NCBI GenBank assembly: GCA_950097015.1
Contig: CATNEN010000028.1
Location: forward strand, 62,001 to 126,000
Direction of reading: 5' to 3'
Source of the DNA: Macrostomum hystrix
Taxonomy: Eukaryota; Animalia; Platyhelminthes
DNA length: 64,000 bases
The notes beneath the pieces were generated by a model that saw only the letters and a list, made by a program, of their open reading frames with translations, did no database searches and was not told the origin of the DNA. The position numbers were made by a program, and so were the translations under genes. Shown here piece by piece: positions 63,713 through 64,000 of the stretch (positions are counted from its first letter, which is position 1; each line of letters begins with the position of its first letter).

Positions 63713-64000
63713 AGAGAGTCAGAGAGACATTTGTGAGTCAGGAGATAAAGCTAAGAGTCAGCAGAGATATGTAAGAGCCAGGAGAAGTAGTTGAAAGTGT
63801 GATGAGTTTTTTTCAAAAAAAATCAGAAAAAGAAACCTACAACACGATCTCTGGAAGCGCAGCCTTTCTCTAGGAGACAATCGCAAGCTTCCAGTCCTTC
63901 TCTCTGTTTTTTTGCTGCACTTTCTCCAAGATACTTGATTTTGGCAAAGCCTTGCAGGAGGCGGTCTAACTACTGCGCCGCACAGGCCTGCCGAGCCAAA

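Overview
Eukaryotic (animal) genomic DNA, very probably the flatworm Macrostomum: three degenerate copies of what I recall as the M. lignano spliced-leader (SL) sequence are present, and a small HSP has the flatworm-type two alpha-crystallin domains. I reconstructed four protein genes by hand from splice signals and reading-frame phase. (1) A complete NompC/TRPN mechanosensory channel on +, 10598-32680, about 24 exons, 29 ankyrin repeats, about 1800 aa. (2) A convergent SPATA1-like gene on -, 34998-48279, 17 exons, with an inserted (E4R4)n single-alpha-helix exon. (3) An Ikaros/Hunchback-family zinc-finger gene on - that keeps the C-terminal dimerization fingers but apparently lacks the DNA-binding cluster. 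(4) A double alpha-crystallin small HSP on -. Roughly a third of the window is locus-specific tandem repeats, which produce almost all of the long ORFs in the ORF track; these ORFs are spurious. Dispersed elements include two tRNA-derived SINE families (one with a CORE-like domain), a LINE 3' fragment and a fold-back MITE. The most notable observations are a 642-bp non-autonomous element with Polinton/Maverick hallmarks (AGTAGT termini, 207-bp perfect TIRs, 6-bp TSD), the scattered SL copies (one flanked by a TSD), and a 3.6-kb 18-bp satellite whose monomer matches the SINE A-box. Exon models are manual predictions, and family assignments rest on recalled motifs, not database searches.
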